A stretch of DNA of 51,471 bases from Candidatus Staskawiczbacteria bacterium RIFCSPLOWO2_01_FULL_38_12b (lineage in GTDB: Bacteria > Patescibacteriota > Minisyncoccia > Minisyncoccales > Staskawiczbacteraceae). The translations under genes and the position numbers were made by a program. The notes below the pieces were generated by a model. It searched no databases. It saw only the letters and a program-made list of their open reading frames with translations, and had not been told where the DNA came from. Positions 7,550 to 16,562 of this stretch are shown one piece after another (within the stretch, counting starts at the first letter, position 1; each line of letters starts with the position of its first letter). The stretch lies in the NCBI GenBank assembly GCA_001820255.1, contig MHPA01000016.1, forward strand, positions 7,288 to 58,758, read 5' to 3'.

Positions 7550-8011
7550 CTAACCATCAGTACAAACTCCCACATCAGCAGTAACACATCTATCTGCACA
7601 GGTAGCTACGGTTACTTTTTTGTAACCAGTGGTGTCTACACAAAAAGTGCTACCAGCGGGTTCGCTACTAGTAGTATTCATAGTTGAACAAGCACAAAAA
7701 GCACTGGCTATTTCACTATAGGTGACAGTACCACCTGACGCCGCATCAGCTGCGTCTGCAGGATTTGTGTAAGATGCAGTTAAAACAAAATCAACATATG
7801 TACTAGGATTTGCGTCATCATAATATACTGCCGCATTTGTTAATATGGTTGACATATTTCCCTTTATATTAGCGTTCTTACTCTTGCCAATATATTGCGT
7901 TACGTTAACCAATACAATACCAGTTAATACCGCAATAATAGCAACAACTACCAATAATTCAATGATAGTAAAACCTTTTTTATTACGAGACGAATTTATT
8001 ATTTTTTGCAT
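7550..8011 (-). CDS. Type IV pilin (major-pilin-like)
   Basis: NKKGFTIIELLVVVAIIAVLTGIVLVNV class III signal and alpha1-N helix, with C-terminal Cys pairs. It is followed by a strong hairpin at 7458-7499. Confidence 0.85.
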   Translation of the reverse strand: MQKIINSSRNKKGFTIIELLVVVAIIAVLTGIVLVNVTQYIGKSKNANIKGNMSTILTNAAVYYDDANPSTYVDFVLTASYTNPADAADAASGGTVTYSEIASAFCACSTMNTTSSEPAGSTFCVDTTGYKKVTVATCADRCVTADVGVCTDG

Positions 8012-8139
8012 TTTTTAAATTAATTTATTTAATTAAAAGATCTCGACCTTTTTAAATATCTTGATTAACACTATTATAATATTTATAAGCACAATACTCA
8101 ATAATAATAACTGTGGATAACTTGTACTTTTAAATACTG

Positions 8140-8628
8140 CTATGGAAGCTGAAAACAGTGCGCAAGAGAAGCGGTGCAAATATTAATACAACCGCCTATG
8201 TCATTAAATTTTTGCTTTGTTCCAGTAGAATCAACGCAAAAAAGATCGTTTGCGGTAATCATTAATGCTGAACAAGCACACCAGGCGGTATTGCTAGCAT
8301 TAACCTGGCAAACAGGAGAAAAACCACCATTGGCGGAAATAATTGCATCATAAATTGGTTTTCCAGAAACCATATAGGTAGCGCAAAGGTTGGCATAGGT
8401 GCCGTTGCCCAATGCAGGATCTTCAAAGTATGCCGCTGAATTAATCAATAAAGAAGATAGGTTCCCTTGAATCGCAGAATTTTTCCCCCTGTTAACATAT
8501 TTGGTTATATTCGCCAACACAATGCCAGTTAAAACAGTAATAATAGCAACTACTACCAATAGCTCAATAATGGTAAATCCAGCACCATTTTTACCCTTTG
8601 CACTTTTAATATTATTTACCATATACAC
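8140..8628 (-). CDS. Type IV pilin (paralog)
   Basis: GAGFTIIELLVVVAIITVLTGIVLANI, with N-terminal helix near-identical to the neighbouring pilin and a divergent Cys-containing head. Confidence 0.85.
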   Translation of the reverse strand: MYMVNNIKSAKGKNGAGFTIIELLVVVAIITVLTGIVLANITKYVNRGKNSAIQGNLSSLLINSAAYFEDPALGNGTYANLCATYMVSGKPIYDAIISANGGFSPVCQVNASNTAWCACSALMITANDLFCVDSTGTKQKFNDIGGCINICTASLAHCFQLP

Positions 8629-8691
8629 TATAATGTAATTTTTTTATAATATGAGGATTTTCGTCAAAAATGGTGTCAAGTTTTTTGATTT

Positions 8692-9900
8692 TTATACATT
8701 CCCCAAAGTGGAATACAGGGGAGCAAATACGGAAATCGCCAAAAGACCCACAACGACCCCTAAAAATATAATCAACATGGGTTCTAAAAGGGTCAAAAAC
8801 AAATCAATGGACCGCTTAATCTCTTTTTGGTAAAAATTTACCACTTCCATTAGTGTTTTGTCCAGTTTGCCGGTTTCCTCACCCACTTTAATCATTTGGA
8901 TAACAAAAGAAGGAAAATAATCCTGGTGCTTTGCCAAAACAGAGCTGATTTTTTCCCCTTCAGAAACCCCTTTTTCCACTTCGTTTACAATTAGCTTATA
9001 CACACTGTTGTTGACCGTATCTGATGTGATTTTTAACGAATTATTAATTGAGATTCCCGCACTCATCAAAGTAGAAATATTACCGCAAAATCTGGCAAGA
9101 AATACTTTGCGAAAGATATCGCCTAAAAACGGTATTTTTAACGAATAGGTGTCGTATAATTTTTTACCCTGGGCTGTTTTAAAATAAAAAATAATAAAAA
9201 CCACAAAAATAAAAAACGCTGATAGTATCATCCACCAAAAATTCCCCAAAAAGGCGTAAAAATTAAGCGTAATAACGGTAAAAGTCGAGGGGTCAATACT
9301 GGATTGCCTGATAAGGTCTTCAATTTTAGGAAGCAAGAAAATAATAATAATGTTAACCACTACAAAAAGAACCGATATGGTAAACAGGGGATAAATCATC
9401 GCCTGGCGCACTTGTGCAATAATATCGTGTTCTCGTTCCAAGTGATCCGAAATATAGTAAAGGGTTTGGGAAATTTTTCCAGAAATTTCACCGGATTTAA
9501 TCAAATTCACATAAAAAGTGTCAAACACTTTGGGAAAATGGCCAAATGCTTCTGAAAGCGACACGCCTTCCTCTACCAAGCCAGCAACCTCCAAGATAGT
9601 TTTTTTAAAATTATCCTTATTGGTTTGCACTGCTAAACTAGAAAGGCTTTGCATAACCGGAACCCGGGATTCCAGCATCACCGCCAGCTGGCGTGAAAAT
9701 ATCGCAAGATCTTTTTTTGAGACATTTCTCTCAAATTTTATATTTTTTAAAACAAATTGCCCCGTATTTTCTTCGGTTAATGAGGTTACAAAAATATTAT
9801 ATTTTTGCAAAATAGCGGCGGCAATTTCCGGAGAAGAGGCTTCAATAATTCCTGTTTCCGATTTGCCATCTTTGGTTCTGGCTTTGTAGTTAAACTTCAT
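8692..9900 (-). CDS. pilC: Type IV pilus platform protein (GspF/PilC family)
   Basis: 402 aa with a duplicated T2SSF-type domain, three TM segments and a C-terminal LEPMLIIFLGVVVG motif. Confidence 0.9.
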   Translation of the reverse strand: MKFNYKARTKDGKSETGIIEASSPEIAAAILQKYNIFVTSLTEENTGQFVLKNIKFERNVSKKDLAIFSRQLAVMLESRVPVMQSLSSLAVQTNKDNFKKTILEVAGLVEEGVSLSEAFGHFPKVFDTFYVNLIKSGEISGKISQTLYYISDHLEREHDIIAQVRQAMIYPLFTISVLFVVVNIIIIFLLPKIEDLIRQSSIDPSTFTVITLNFYAFLGNFWWMILSAFFIFVVFIIFYFKTAQGKKLYDTYSLKIPFLGDIFRKVFLARFCGNISTLMSAGISINNSLKITSDTVNNSVYKLIVNEVEKGVSEGEKISSVLAKHQDYFPSFVIQMIKVGEETGKLDKTLMEVVNFYQKEIKRSIDLFLTLLEPMLIIFLGVVVGLLAISVFAPLYSTLGNV

Positions 9901-9918
9901 TTTAATGCGATGCTAATA

Positions 9919-10093
9919 TACTTTGAATTACGAAACTCACCTTGAAAACGAGTTTCGGGGTCTTTTTCCCAGATTTTGGCTACAAATTCGCTATAACTTT
10001 TAAACTTATGCGTGGCTAAGTTTAAAAGTTCTATCAAATTTCTATCTCAAAATCTGAAAAAAATCCCTCCGAAGAGTTTCGTAATTCAAAGTA
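9919..10093. repeat. Long hairpin C (arms TACTTTGAATTACGAAACTC / GAGTTTCGTAATTCAAAGTA)
   Basis: 20-nt perfect inverted repeat filling the pilC-pilT spacer. The core AAACTTATGCGTGGCTAAGTTTAAAAGTTCTATCAAATTT is related to the core of A. Confidence 0.9.
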
Positions 10094-10103
10094 ATATACG
10101 AAT

Positions 10104-11168
10104 TTACCCCAATAAATTTTTAAGTTCCATTGGATTGGCAGAATAATCAATAGCGCTTTTTGGAGAAATTTCTTTTCTTCTTACCAGGTCAATTAATGCC
10201 CTATTTAAAGAAATCATGCCGTCTTTACTGGAAGTTTCAATGACTGCCGGTATCTCATGATTTTTATTTTCTCTTATTAAATTAGAAATCGCATTATTGC
10301 AAAGCATCACTTCGCATACTGGAATAAATCCTCCGTTAATTCTGGGAATCAGTCGTTGGGAGATAACCCCCAAGAGCGACCCTGCCAACTGAAACCTAAT
10401 TTGGTTTTGCTGTTCAGCGGGAAATACGTCAACCATCCGGTGGATTGACTGGGAAGCTGAATTGGTATGGAGCGTTGCAAATACCAGGTGTCCCGTTTCG
10501 GCGGCGGTTATGGTAGTGGAAATCGTTTCAAGATCCCTCATTTCTCCTACCATAATGACATCGGGGTTCTGGCGGAAAGTAGCTTTTAGGGCATTGGCAA
10601 AGCTATTGGTGTCGGTTAACACTTCCCTTTGCTCAATAACGGATTTATCGCCCTGATAAATATACTCTATGGGATTTTCAATGGTAATAATATGCATCGC
10701 CTTGGTATGGTTTATTTCATCTAAAAGAGCTGCTAAGGTAGTTGATTTACCTTGCCCGGATGCGCCGGTAATCAATAAAAGCCCTTGGGATTTATGGGTA
10801 AATTCATGTAAAATAGGAGGGAGGTGCAAATCTTCAATCGTCCTTATTGTTGAGGAAATAAGGCGCAAGGCCAAGCTTATAGAATCTCTCTGAAAAAAAA
10901 TATTCACACGAAACCGTGCTTGTCCATCAAAGTCGTAGGAAAAATCTATTTCTTTTTCCAGCAAAAACTTTTGTTTCTGCGGTTCGGTTAGCAGGGCAAA
11001 GGCAAATCCCTTGGAAACCTCAGCGGTAACTTTCTTTTCATCAATCAAAGGGATTAACTGTCCTGTAATTCTTATGACGGGCGGATGGCCGATTGAAATA
11101 AGCAAATCGGAAGCTTCTTGCTCAATAGTCATGCTTAAAATTTTTTTAAATGTTTGCAGATAATCCAT
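10104..11168 (-). CDS. pilT: Type IV pilus retraction ATPase
   Basis: 354 aa. Walker A GASGQGKSTT, Asp box, Walker B IMVGEMRD, His box ATLHTN. There is no N-terminal GspE_N domain, which is the PilT-type architecture. Confidence 0.88.
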   Translation of the reverse strand: MDYLQTFKKILSMTIEQEASDLLISIGHPPVIRITGQLIPLIDEKKVTAEVSKGFAFALLTEPQKQKFLLEKEIDFSYDFDGQARFRVNIFFQRDSISLALRLISSTIRTIEDLHLPPILHEFTHKSQGLLLITGASGQGKSTTLAALLDEINHTKAMHIITIENPIEYIYQGDKSVIEQREVLTDTNSFANALKATFRQNPDVIMVGEMRDLETISTTITAAETGHLVFATLHTNSASQSIHRMVDVFPAEQQNQIRFQLAGSLLGVISQRLIPRINGGFIPVCEVMLCNNAISNLIRENKNHEIPAVIETSSKDGMISLNRALIDLVRRKEISPKSAIDYSANPMELKNLLG

Positions 11169-11180
11169 AACTTAAATGAC

Positions 11181-11270
11181 TAATTAACCTAATTATTCTA
11201 ATTAATCTAAATAAATCTCAATTCTTTAAAGTTTAGAATAATTAGAGCAATTAGAGTAATTAGGTTAATT
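11181..11270. repeat. Hairpin built from inverted tandem 9-mers (ATTANTCTA units)
   Basis: Left arm TAATTAACCTAATTATTCTAATTAATCTAAA, right arm TTTAGAATAATTAGAGCAATTAGAGTAATTAGGTTAATT. It fills the pilT / REC-gene spacer. Confidence 0.85.
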
Positions 11271-11635
11271 TATTTTAAAATTTCTTTTACTGCCTTAATG
11301 ATATCTTCCGGGGTGCTCTGTATCTTTAAAAAATATTTAATTACTCCCAAGTGCGCAATATCATCAAGGTGTTCTTGTTTATCAAGATTTGAAACAATGA
11401 TTACTTTTAGATTTTTTAAACTTTGATCGCTTCGTATGGTTCTTAAGAGTTCCCACCCATCCATGTTGGGTAAAATAATATCTAACACCAATAAATCGGG
11501 GTAATTATTTTTTAATTTTTCCAAAGCCATTTTGCCATCTTTTGCGGTATCTATCAAAAAACCCTCCTTCCGAAACTGGTTGGCATAAATGTCTACAATA
11601 AATGGATCGTCTTCGACTAATAAAATCTTTTTCAT
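11270..11635 (-). CDS. Stand-alone response-regulator receiver (CheY-like)
   Basis: 121 aa. ILLVEDD acidic pocket, LLVLDIILPNMDG phospho-acceptor Asp, IIVSN and K residues. No output domain. Confidence 0.85.
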   Translation of the reverse strand: MKKILLVEDDPFIVDIYANQFRKEGFLIDTAKDGKMALEKLKNNYPDLLVLDIILPNMDGWELLRTIRSDQSLKNLKVIIVSNLDKQEHLDDIAHLGVIKYFLKIQSTPEDIIKAVKEILK

Positions 11636-11654
11636 AATTTCTTGTGAGAAATTT

Positions 11655-11735
11655 CCTACGAATTACGAATCTTTGCGAATTACGAATACGGTTTTCGTAT
11701 TATTCGTAATTCGCAAAGATTCGTAATTCGTAAGG
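11655..11735. repeat. Hairpin built from inverted TACGAAT heptamer units
   Basis: CCTACGAATTACGAATCTTTGCGAATTACGAATACG pairs with CGTATTATTCGTAATTCGCAAAGATTCGTAATTCGTAAGG (stem of about 36 bp with small bulges). It fills the REC-gene / pilB spacer. Confidence 0.9.
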
Positions 11736-11740
11736 GTTTT

Positions 11741-13462
11741 TTAGGTTTCTTGCGTAACCCTAATGACTTCATCAACGGTGGTTTGTCCGGACAACACGTT
11801 AATAATGCCTTCTTGAGCCATGGTTAACATTCCTTCTTTTTGGGCTTGTTTTAAAATTAAGGATTCTTCCGGATTTTTTAAAATAATATCAATGATTGCC
11901 GGAGATATTGATAACACCTCAAAAAGACCCATCCTCCCTTTGTAGCCTTTAAAATTACATGATTCACAACCCTTGATTTCGTAAATGGATAGCGAAGGCG
12001 AAACACTAATATCCTTTTTGGCAAATGCGGGCATATCCTTTAAAATTTCAAAAATATATTTTTTTACTTTTTCACTGGGAGTTACTTTCTTTTTACATCT
12101 TGAGCAAAGGGTCCTTATCAATCTTTGGGCGATTACCACCCTTAAGGTAGAAGGGATTAAAAAGGGACGCACCCCCATATCGATTAACCTTGGGATAACC
12201 CCCACGGCAGAATTAGTGTGGAGTGTGGACAATACAATGTGCCCGGTCAGGGCAGCGTTAATCACCAAGCCGGCAGTTTCTTCGTCCCTGACTTCTCCCA
12301 CCATAATAATATTGGGGTCTTGTCGTAAAATCTGCCGCAACCCCTCGGCAAAACTATAGCCGATATCGGCTTTAATCTGGGATTGATTAACCCCCGCAAT
12401 GGAATATTCAATAGGGTCTTCAATAGTAACCACATTCACCGTTTCCTGGTTTAAAATACGCATCAGGCCATAAAGGGTGGTGGTTTTTCCGGATCCGGTC
12501 GGACCCGAAGATAAAATCAACCCATAAGGCATTTTTAAAGCTTTTTTGATAATTTCAAGATTCCTTTCGGAAAATCCCATTTTATCAAAAGGTTTTAACC
12601 CTTCTTCAGGATCCAATACTCTGATTTCAACTTTTTCTCCATATAAAATAGGAAACGTAGCTACTCTAAAATCAATTTCTTTATTATTAATTTTAGCTGA
12701 AAACCTGCCATCTTGGGGTATTCTGTTTTCATCAATTTTGAGGTTGGACAAAATTTTAATGCGCGACACAATAGAAGGGTGTACGCTTAAAGGTAAAAAA
12801 AGGCTTAAATGCAAAACTCCATCCTGGCGAAACCGAATATTGAGCCTTTCACGATTGGGTTCAATATGGATATCAGACGCCCCCCCCTCAATGGCGTGGC
12901 GCAAAATAACCAGCACCATTTTTATAACCGGAGCTTCCTCGGTGATTTTTAACGTACTTTGATCTTGTTCTAATGAATCAGCACCCTCTTTGTTGTCCTC
13001 TTTTAATTCTTCTAATGCTTTTTTCGTTTCTATTTCTAGGGTCTTATACTGCTTTAGTATATTATTTAAATCGGAAAACGTAATGAGGTGAATTTCGTAG
13101 ACAAAATTCTCTTTTCGACTTAAAAACCTTAACGCATTCTGGCTGGCAATATCTTCCGGATACACCATTCCTATGCCAACGGTATTGCCTTTTTTAAATA
13201 ACGGAACCATCTTATAATTTAAGGCGGCAGCTCCGGATATTAACTCCAGCACCTCCTGGGGAACCTCTTTTTTTTCAAGCTTGATAAGGGGCACATTCAC
13301 AAACTTGCTTTTTAGTTCAAATAAAGCATTTTCAGAAATAATTTTATTTTCAAATATAATCTCCTCTTCCGTTTTACCGCGGCTTTTCATATCAGCAACG
13401 AGCTGATTCATTTTTTGATCGCTTATAATGCCATTGCCGTATAATTCTTGAATTAATTTCAT
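11741..13462 (-). CDS. pilB: Type IV pilus assembly ATPase (GspE/PilB family)
   Basis: 573 aa. N-terminal T2SE_N-like domain, Walker A SSGPTGSGKTTT, IMVGEVRD, STLHTN, and the tetra-Cys motif CSRC...CESC. Confidence 0.9.
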   Translation of the reverse strand: MKLIQELYGNGIISDQKMNQLVADMKSRGKTEEEIIFENKIISENALFELKSKFVNVPLIKLEKKEVPQEVLELISGAAALNYKMVPLFKKGNTVGIGMVYPEDIASQNALRFLSRKENFVYEIHLITFSDLNNILKQYKTLEIETKKALEELKEDNKEGADSLEQDQSTLKITEEAPVIKMVLVILRHAIEGGASDIHIEPNRERLNIRFRQDGVLHLSLFLPLSVHPSIVSRIKILSNLKIDENRIPQDGRFSAKINNKEIDFRVATFPILYGEKVEIRVLDPEEGLKPFDKMGFSERNLEIIKKALKMPYGLILSSGPTGSGKTTTLYGLMRILNQETVNVVTIEDPIEYSIAGVNQSQIKADIGYSFAEGLRQILRQDPNIIMVGEVRDEETAGLVINAALTGHIVLSTLHTNSAVGVIPRLIDMGVRPFLIPSTLRVVIAQRLIRTLCSRCKKKVTPSEKVKKYIFEILKDMPAFAKKDISVSPSLSIYEIKGCESCNFKGYKGRMGLFEVLSISPAIIDIILKNPEESLILKQAQKEGMLTMAQEGIINVLSGQTTVDEVIRVTQET

Positions 13463-13488
13463 GTTCTTTAAGTTTCAAGCTTTAAGTT

Positions 13489-13893
13489 TCAATAAGAAAC
13501 AAAAGGCTCGCTTCTACCTAAGTTAACTTCTTTTAACATTAAAACCCTATAGCCGGATTTTTCTAAAAGCTTTTGAGCGTCCTCGTTGGTAGCCGCTAAA
13601 ATGGTACCACTCATTTGCTGGTCATCTTGATCTTGGACAATGTAGTCAAATTCAGTTTCCAATCGGGTAAATGGTTCTAAAGCTTTAACTTTTTCGGAGT
13701 CTAGAATCTTAAAATTTATCACCACATCCGGCTGATCAAAAGACATATCGGGGGGGATATTTTTATTTTTATTAATAAGTTCGGGAAGAAACATTACCAG
13801 AGAAATAGCGATAAAAATAAAAAACAGTGAAACCATCATGATTCCAAAAAACATTCTTTGTCTTTTTTTGGGTGATATAAAAACTATGGCCAT
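13489..13893 (-). CDS. Single-pass membrane protein of the pilus operon (function unknown)
   Basis: 134 aa with one N-terminal TM (FFGIMMVSLFFIFIAISLVMFL). It sits between the pilO-like gene and pilB with short spacers. Confidence 0.5.
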   Translation of the reverse strand: MAIVFISPKKRQRMFFGIMMVSLFFIFIAISLVMFLPELINKNKNIPPDMSFDQPDVVINFKILDSEKVKALEPFTRLETEFDYIVQDQDDQQMSGTILAATNEDAQKLLEKSGYRVLMLKEVNLGRSEPFVSY

Positions 13894-13945
13894 ATTCTAG
13901 GGATTTTTCTCAATTTTTAAGATATAAAGTTCCATATTCAAACAA

Positions 13946-14500
13946 TTAATACGTGTGGGTTTGTAATTCTAACACAAAATCATATATTTTTTGCTGGTTT
14001 TCTAAAGTGGCTACATCTTGGGAGGCGGAAGGCGACCTGAAAGAAATAGAGCTTAATTCAAATAATCGCACCGATTTATCTAATGAAGAAAGGAAATTTT
14101 TTAAACTCGCATAATTTCCCATTATATTGATTCTGAAAGTGACATTTCTAATTTTATGTTCAGCCGTAGGTGGAGAAATTTTTGAAAACGTTACTGACCT
14201 TACTATCAATCCATTTTCTTTTCCCTTTTTTTGAAAAAAGAACACCAATGGGGCAAGGGAAAAATCCGTAGGTAAGGCAGCATCAATATTTGCCAGGGAG
14301 TCTTGTTTGCTTTCTATTATAGCAACGAGATTTGCTATGTTTGAAAAATAAAGAGCCTTGCTATTATATTCTGCCTCTTTCTTATATAAGCTATTTTGCA
14401 CATCGCCAACTTCTTGGTATTTGGGAATTACAAAAAGAAATACCAATATTGATGTGATAAAAATAATGATGACCGTAGAAGTTAATTTATTTATTTCCAT
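13946..14500 (-). CDS. PilO-like pilus alignment protein
   Basis: 184 aa. N-terminal TM, a coiled-coil segment, then ALPTDFSLAPLVFFFQKKGKENGLIVRSVTF. The position after the pilN-like gene fits pilMNO order. Confidence 0.55.
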   Translation of the reverse strand: MEINKLTSTVIIIFITSILVFLFVIPKYQEVGDVQNSLYKKEAEYNSKALYFSNIANLVAIIESKQDSLANIDAALPTDFSLAPLVFFFQKKGKENGLIVRSVTFSKISPPTAEHKIRNVTFRINIMGNYASLKNFLSSLDKSVRLFELSSISFRSPSASQDVATLENQQKIYDFVLELQTHTY

Positions 14501-14505
14501 GATTA

Positions 14506-15132
14506 TTAATTACTGATGTCGCTTGAACTTAATGGACTTTCGCCAACATCTGTTTGCTCGCTTGATGGTGCTTGGTAAAAACCAACAAAACCATTGGGGT
14601 AATAACTAAAGAGGGCGGGATGCAAAGAAAGCTCCAGGGTAAATGTAGTTTTTCCATTTCCAGAAACCTGGGAATTTAAAACATCAACAGCATTAATATA
14701 GTCCTTGCTATCCTCAAATATATGCACTTGATGGCTTAGTATTTCCATATTTTCTGACTCTCCGGATAATCTAACCTTGTTTTGAACTTCAGAAACATCA
14801 AAACTTGAAAACCAGACTTTTGGCAAAGTTTTTTGTTCTATGAAGCTAAAAATATTGGAAGAAATCTTGTGGTTGTCAACAAGGATATTGAATTCTTCTA
14901 TTTTTCTTTTGTAATCAAGCACTTTTTTTTCATTTGCTTTTTCCTGCTCGGTGCCATAGGCAAGCATTTTTTCTTCAAGCTTGCTTATCTTTTGATGCTG
15001 GACATATATTTTAACCGTAAAAAGGAGGTAACAAAAAATAGCGATCAGCAATAATCCGAATGCAGCATAAAAAACAGGATCCATCCATTTTAATTGCTTG
15101 TCTTTTAATTGGTACAATGATCGAAAATTCAT
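14506..15132 (-). CDS. PilN-like pilus alignment protein
   Basis: 208 aa. Short cytoplasmic N-terminus, one TM (VFYAAFGLLLIAIFCYLLF) and a coiled coil. It lies directly downstream of pilM. Confidence 0.5.
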   Translation of the reverse strand: MNFRSLYQLKDKQLKWMDPVFYAAFGLLLIAIFCYLLFTVKIYVQHQKISKLEEKMLAYGTEQEKANEKKVLDYKRKIEEFNILVDNHKISSNIFSFIEQKTLPKVWFSSFDVSEVQNKVRLSGESENMEILSHQVHIFEDSKDYINAVDVLNSQVSGNGKTTFTLELSLHPALFSYYPNGFVGFYQAPSSEQTDVGESPLSSSDISN

Positions 15133-15144
15133 AGTTAATTAAAT

Positions 15145-15263
15145 CAGAAATTCGAATGTCGAAATTCGAAAAAAATTTAAATTACCAAAATTCAAAATCT
15201 AAAATGCATTTTAGTTATTTAAAGATTTGGATTTTTGATTTGTTTCGGATTTCGAGTTTCGTG
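15145..15263. repeat. Imperfect hairpin with 7-nt periodic arms (GAAATTC / GAATTTC-type units)
   Basis: The left arm reads GAAATTC GAATGTC GAAATTC GAAAAAA ... AATCTAA AATGC. The right arm reads GCATTTT AG... GATTTGT TTCGGAT TTCGAGT TTCGTG. The centre is AAAATGCATTTT. Confidence 0.7.
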
Positions 15264-15298
15264 CTTCAAGCTTACTTCATTATACACCAAAAATAATA

Positions 15299-16366
15299 CT
15301 ACTTCTCCAGTCCTCCCAAGGCCACCCCTGTCGCCGCTGAAAACCTGGGAGCCATTATCTTAAGGGTTTGGTCAAGAATCGGGGGGTATAAAAATTCTGA
15401 AAAACAATTTGGAACGTATACTTCTTTTTTAAGGCTTTCGGCAAAATACTCTTTTAATCCCGGCAGATTGGCCGTGCCTCCTGTCAAAAAAATTTCGTCA
15501 ATTTGCTTTTGCCCTCCGTGCAAAAACTCAGCACAAACGCCTTTTATTTCAATTAAGAGGGGAGACAATAAAAGATATAAGGTTTTAACTACGTCGCTTC
15601 TTGGATGCAAAAGTCCTTCTTTATTTTTTATGTTTTCTGCTTGATCCAAAGCTACCCCCAATCCAGAAGAAACCACATTTGATAATTGGCTGCTGTTAAA
15701 GGTGAAACTGTAGCTCTTTTTTAAAAAACCTTTTTCAATAATGTTTATGGTTGAACTCTGAACTCCGATATCCACCAAGCAGACTATTTTTTTATTATTT
15801 CTTATCAACGCCCTGGTAATACCCAGCGCTTCGGCTTCCAGGGCGTATAACTGGAGACCGGCCATTTTTGCCATGGCCTGATACTCTTGGATCACTTGAT
15901 TTGGCACCGCCAGTAAAAATACTCCAAATGAAGAATTTTTACTACCGGGTGAATTTGGCATTATCTTCCAATCCAAGGTAACCTCCGAAATGGGCAGGGT
16001 GATGTATTGAGATGCATTATAACGGATGGCTTCCGGAATTTCTTTTTCCGTCATAAAAGGAATATCAAACGAAGTGCAAAATGTGGAAAAATCAGGTATG
16101 GAAAAAATGGCTTCTTTTGTTTTTATTTTTGCCTCCTCTAAAATTCCCCGTATGGCCTCTGAAGTAACATTATTTGAAAGCAAGTAACTGCCCTTTTGGG
16201 TATTTGACAAGGATTCCTTGTAAAGATATTCTGATTTTATCTCGCCGTAATTTTCCAATGTTTTGCCTTCCCCCCAGCGGGAAATTTCCACCACCTTAAC
16301 AGAGGAAGTGCCAATATCCACCCCGATCATTTTTTTAGGGAAAAACATTTTAAAGGGATTAAACAT
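15299..16366 (-). CDS. pilM: Type IV pilus assembly protein PilM (actin-like ATPase fold)
   Basis: 355 aa. IGVDIGTSSVKVVEI phosphate-1 motif, VCLVDIGVQSSTINI, and IFLTGGTANLPGL. Confidence 0.85.
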   Translation of the reverse strand: MFNPFKMFFPKKMIGVDIGTSSVKVVEISRWGEGKTLENYGEIKSEYLYKESLSNTQKGSYLLSNNVTSEAIRGILEEAKIKTKEAIFSIPDFSTFCTSFDIPFMTEKEIPEAIRYNASQYITLPISEVTLDWKIMPNSPGSKNSSFGVFLLAVPNQVIQEYQAMAKMAGLQLYALEAEALGITRALIRNNKKIVCLVDIGVQSSTINIIEKGFLKKSYSFTFNSSQLSNVVSSGLGVALDQAENIKNKEGLLHPRSDVVKTLYLLLSPLLIEIKGVCAEFLHGGQKQIDEIFLTGGTANLPGLKEYFAESLKKEVYVPNCFSEFLYPPILDQTLKIMAPRFSAATGVALGGLEK

Positions 16367-16370
16367 GATG

Positions 16371-16533
16371 AATTTGAAATTTGAAATTTACCCGCCTGCG
16401 CCAAGGCTTTGGCGGGCAGGCAATTTGAATTCAATATTTCAATGATTAAATACTTTAATTTGAAAACACGACAGATTTTAATTATTTCAAATTTGATATT
16501 TTCAAATTGATTTCAAATTTCAAATTTCAAATT
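16371..16533. repeat. Divergent pilM/comF spacer: inverted (AATTTGA)n blocks plus a GC-rich hairpin
   Basis: AATTTGAAATTTGAAATTT at the left and AAATTTCAAATTTCAAATT at the right. The GC hairpin is at 16391-20 (CCCGCCTGCGCC...GGCGGGCAGG). It shares the ATGATTAAAT motif with 28146-28282. Confidence 0.8.
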
Positions 16534-16562
16534 AACTGTATTATACTTTAAATATAAAAACT

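Noticed and set aside
8112-8120. Perfect DnaA-box 9-mers (TGTGGATAA at 8112-8120; TTATCCACA at 28067-28075, upstream of nrdA) considered as an oriC signal
   Set aside because: They are single isolated boxes 20 kb apart, with no box cluster, no DUE-like context that stands out in this AT-rich DNA, and no dnaA/dnaN nearby. The box upstream of nrdA could at most be a regulatory site, and that cannot be judged from one 9-mer.
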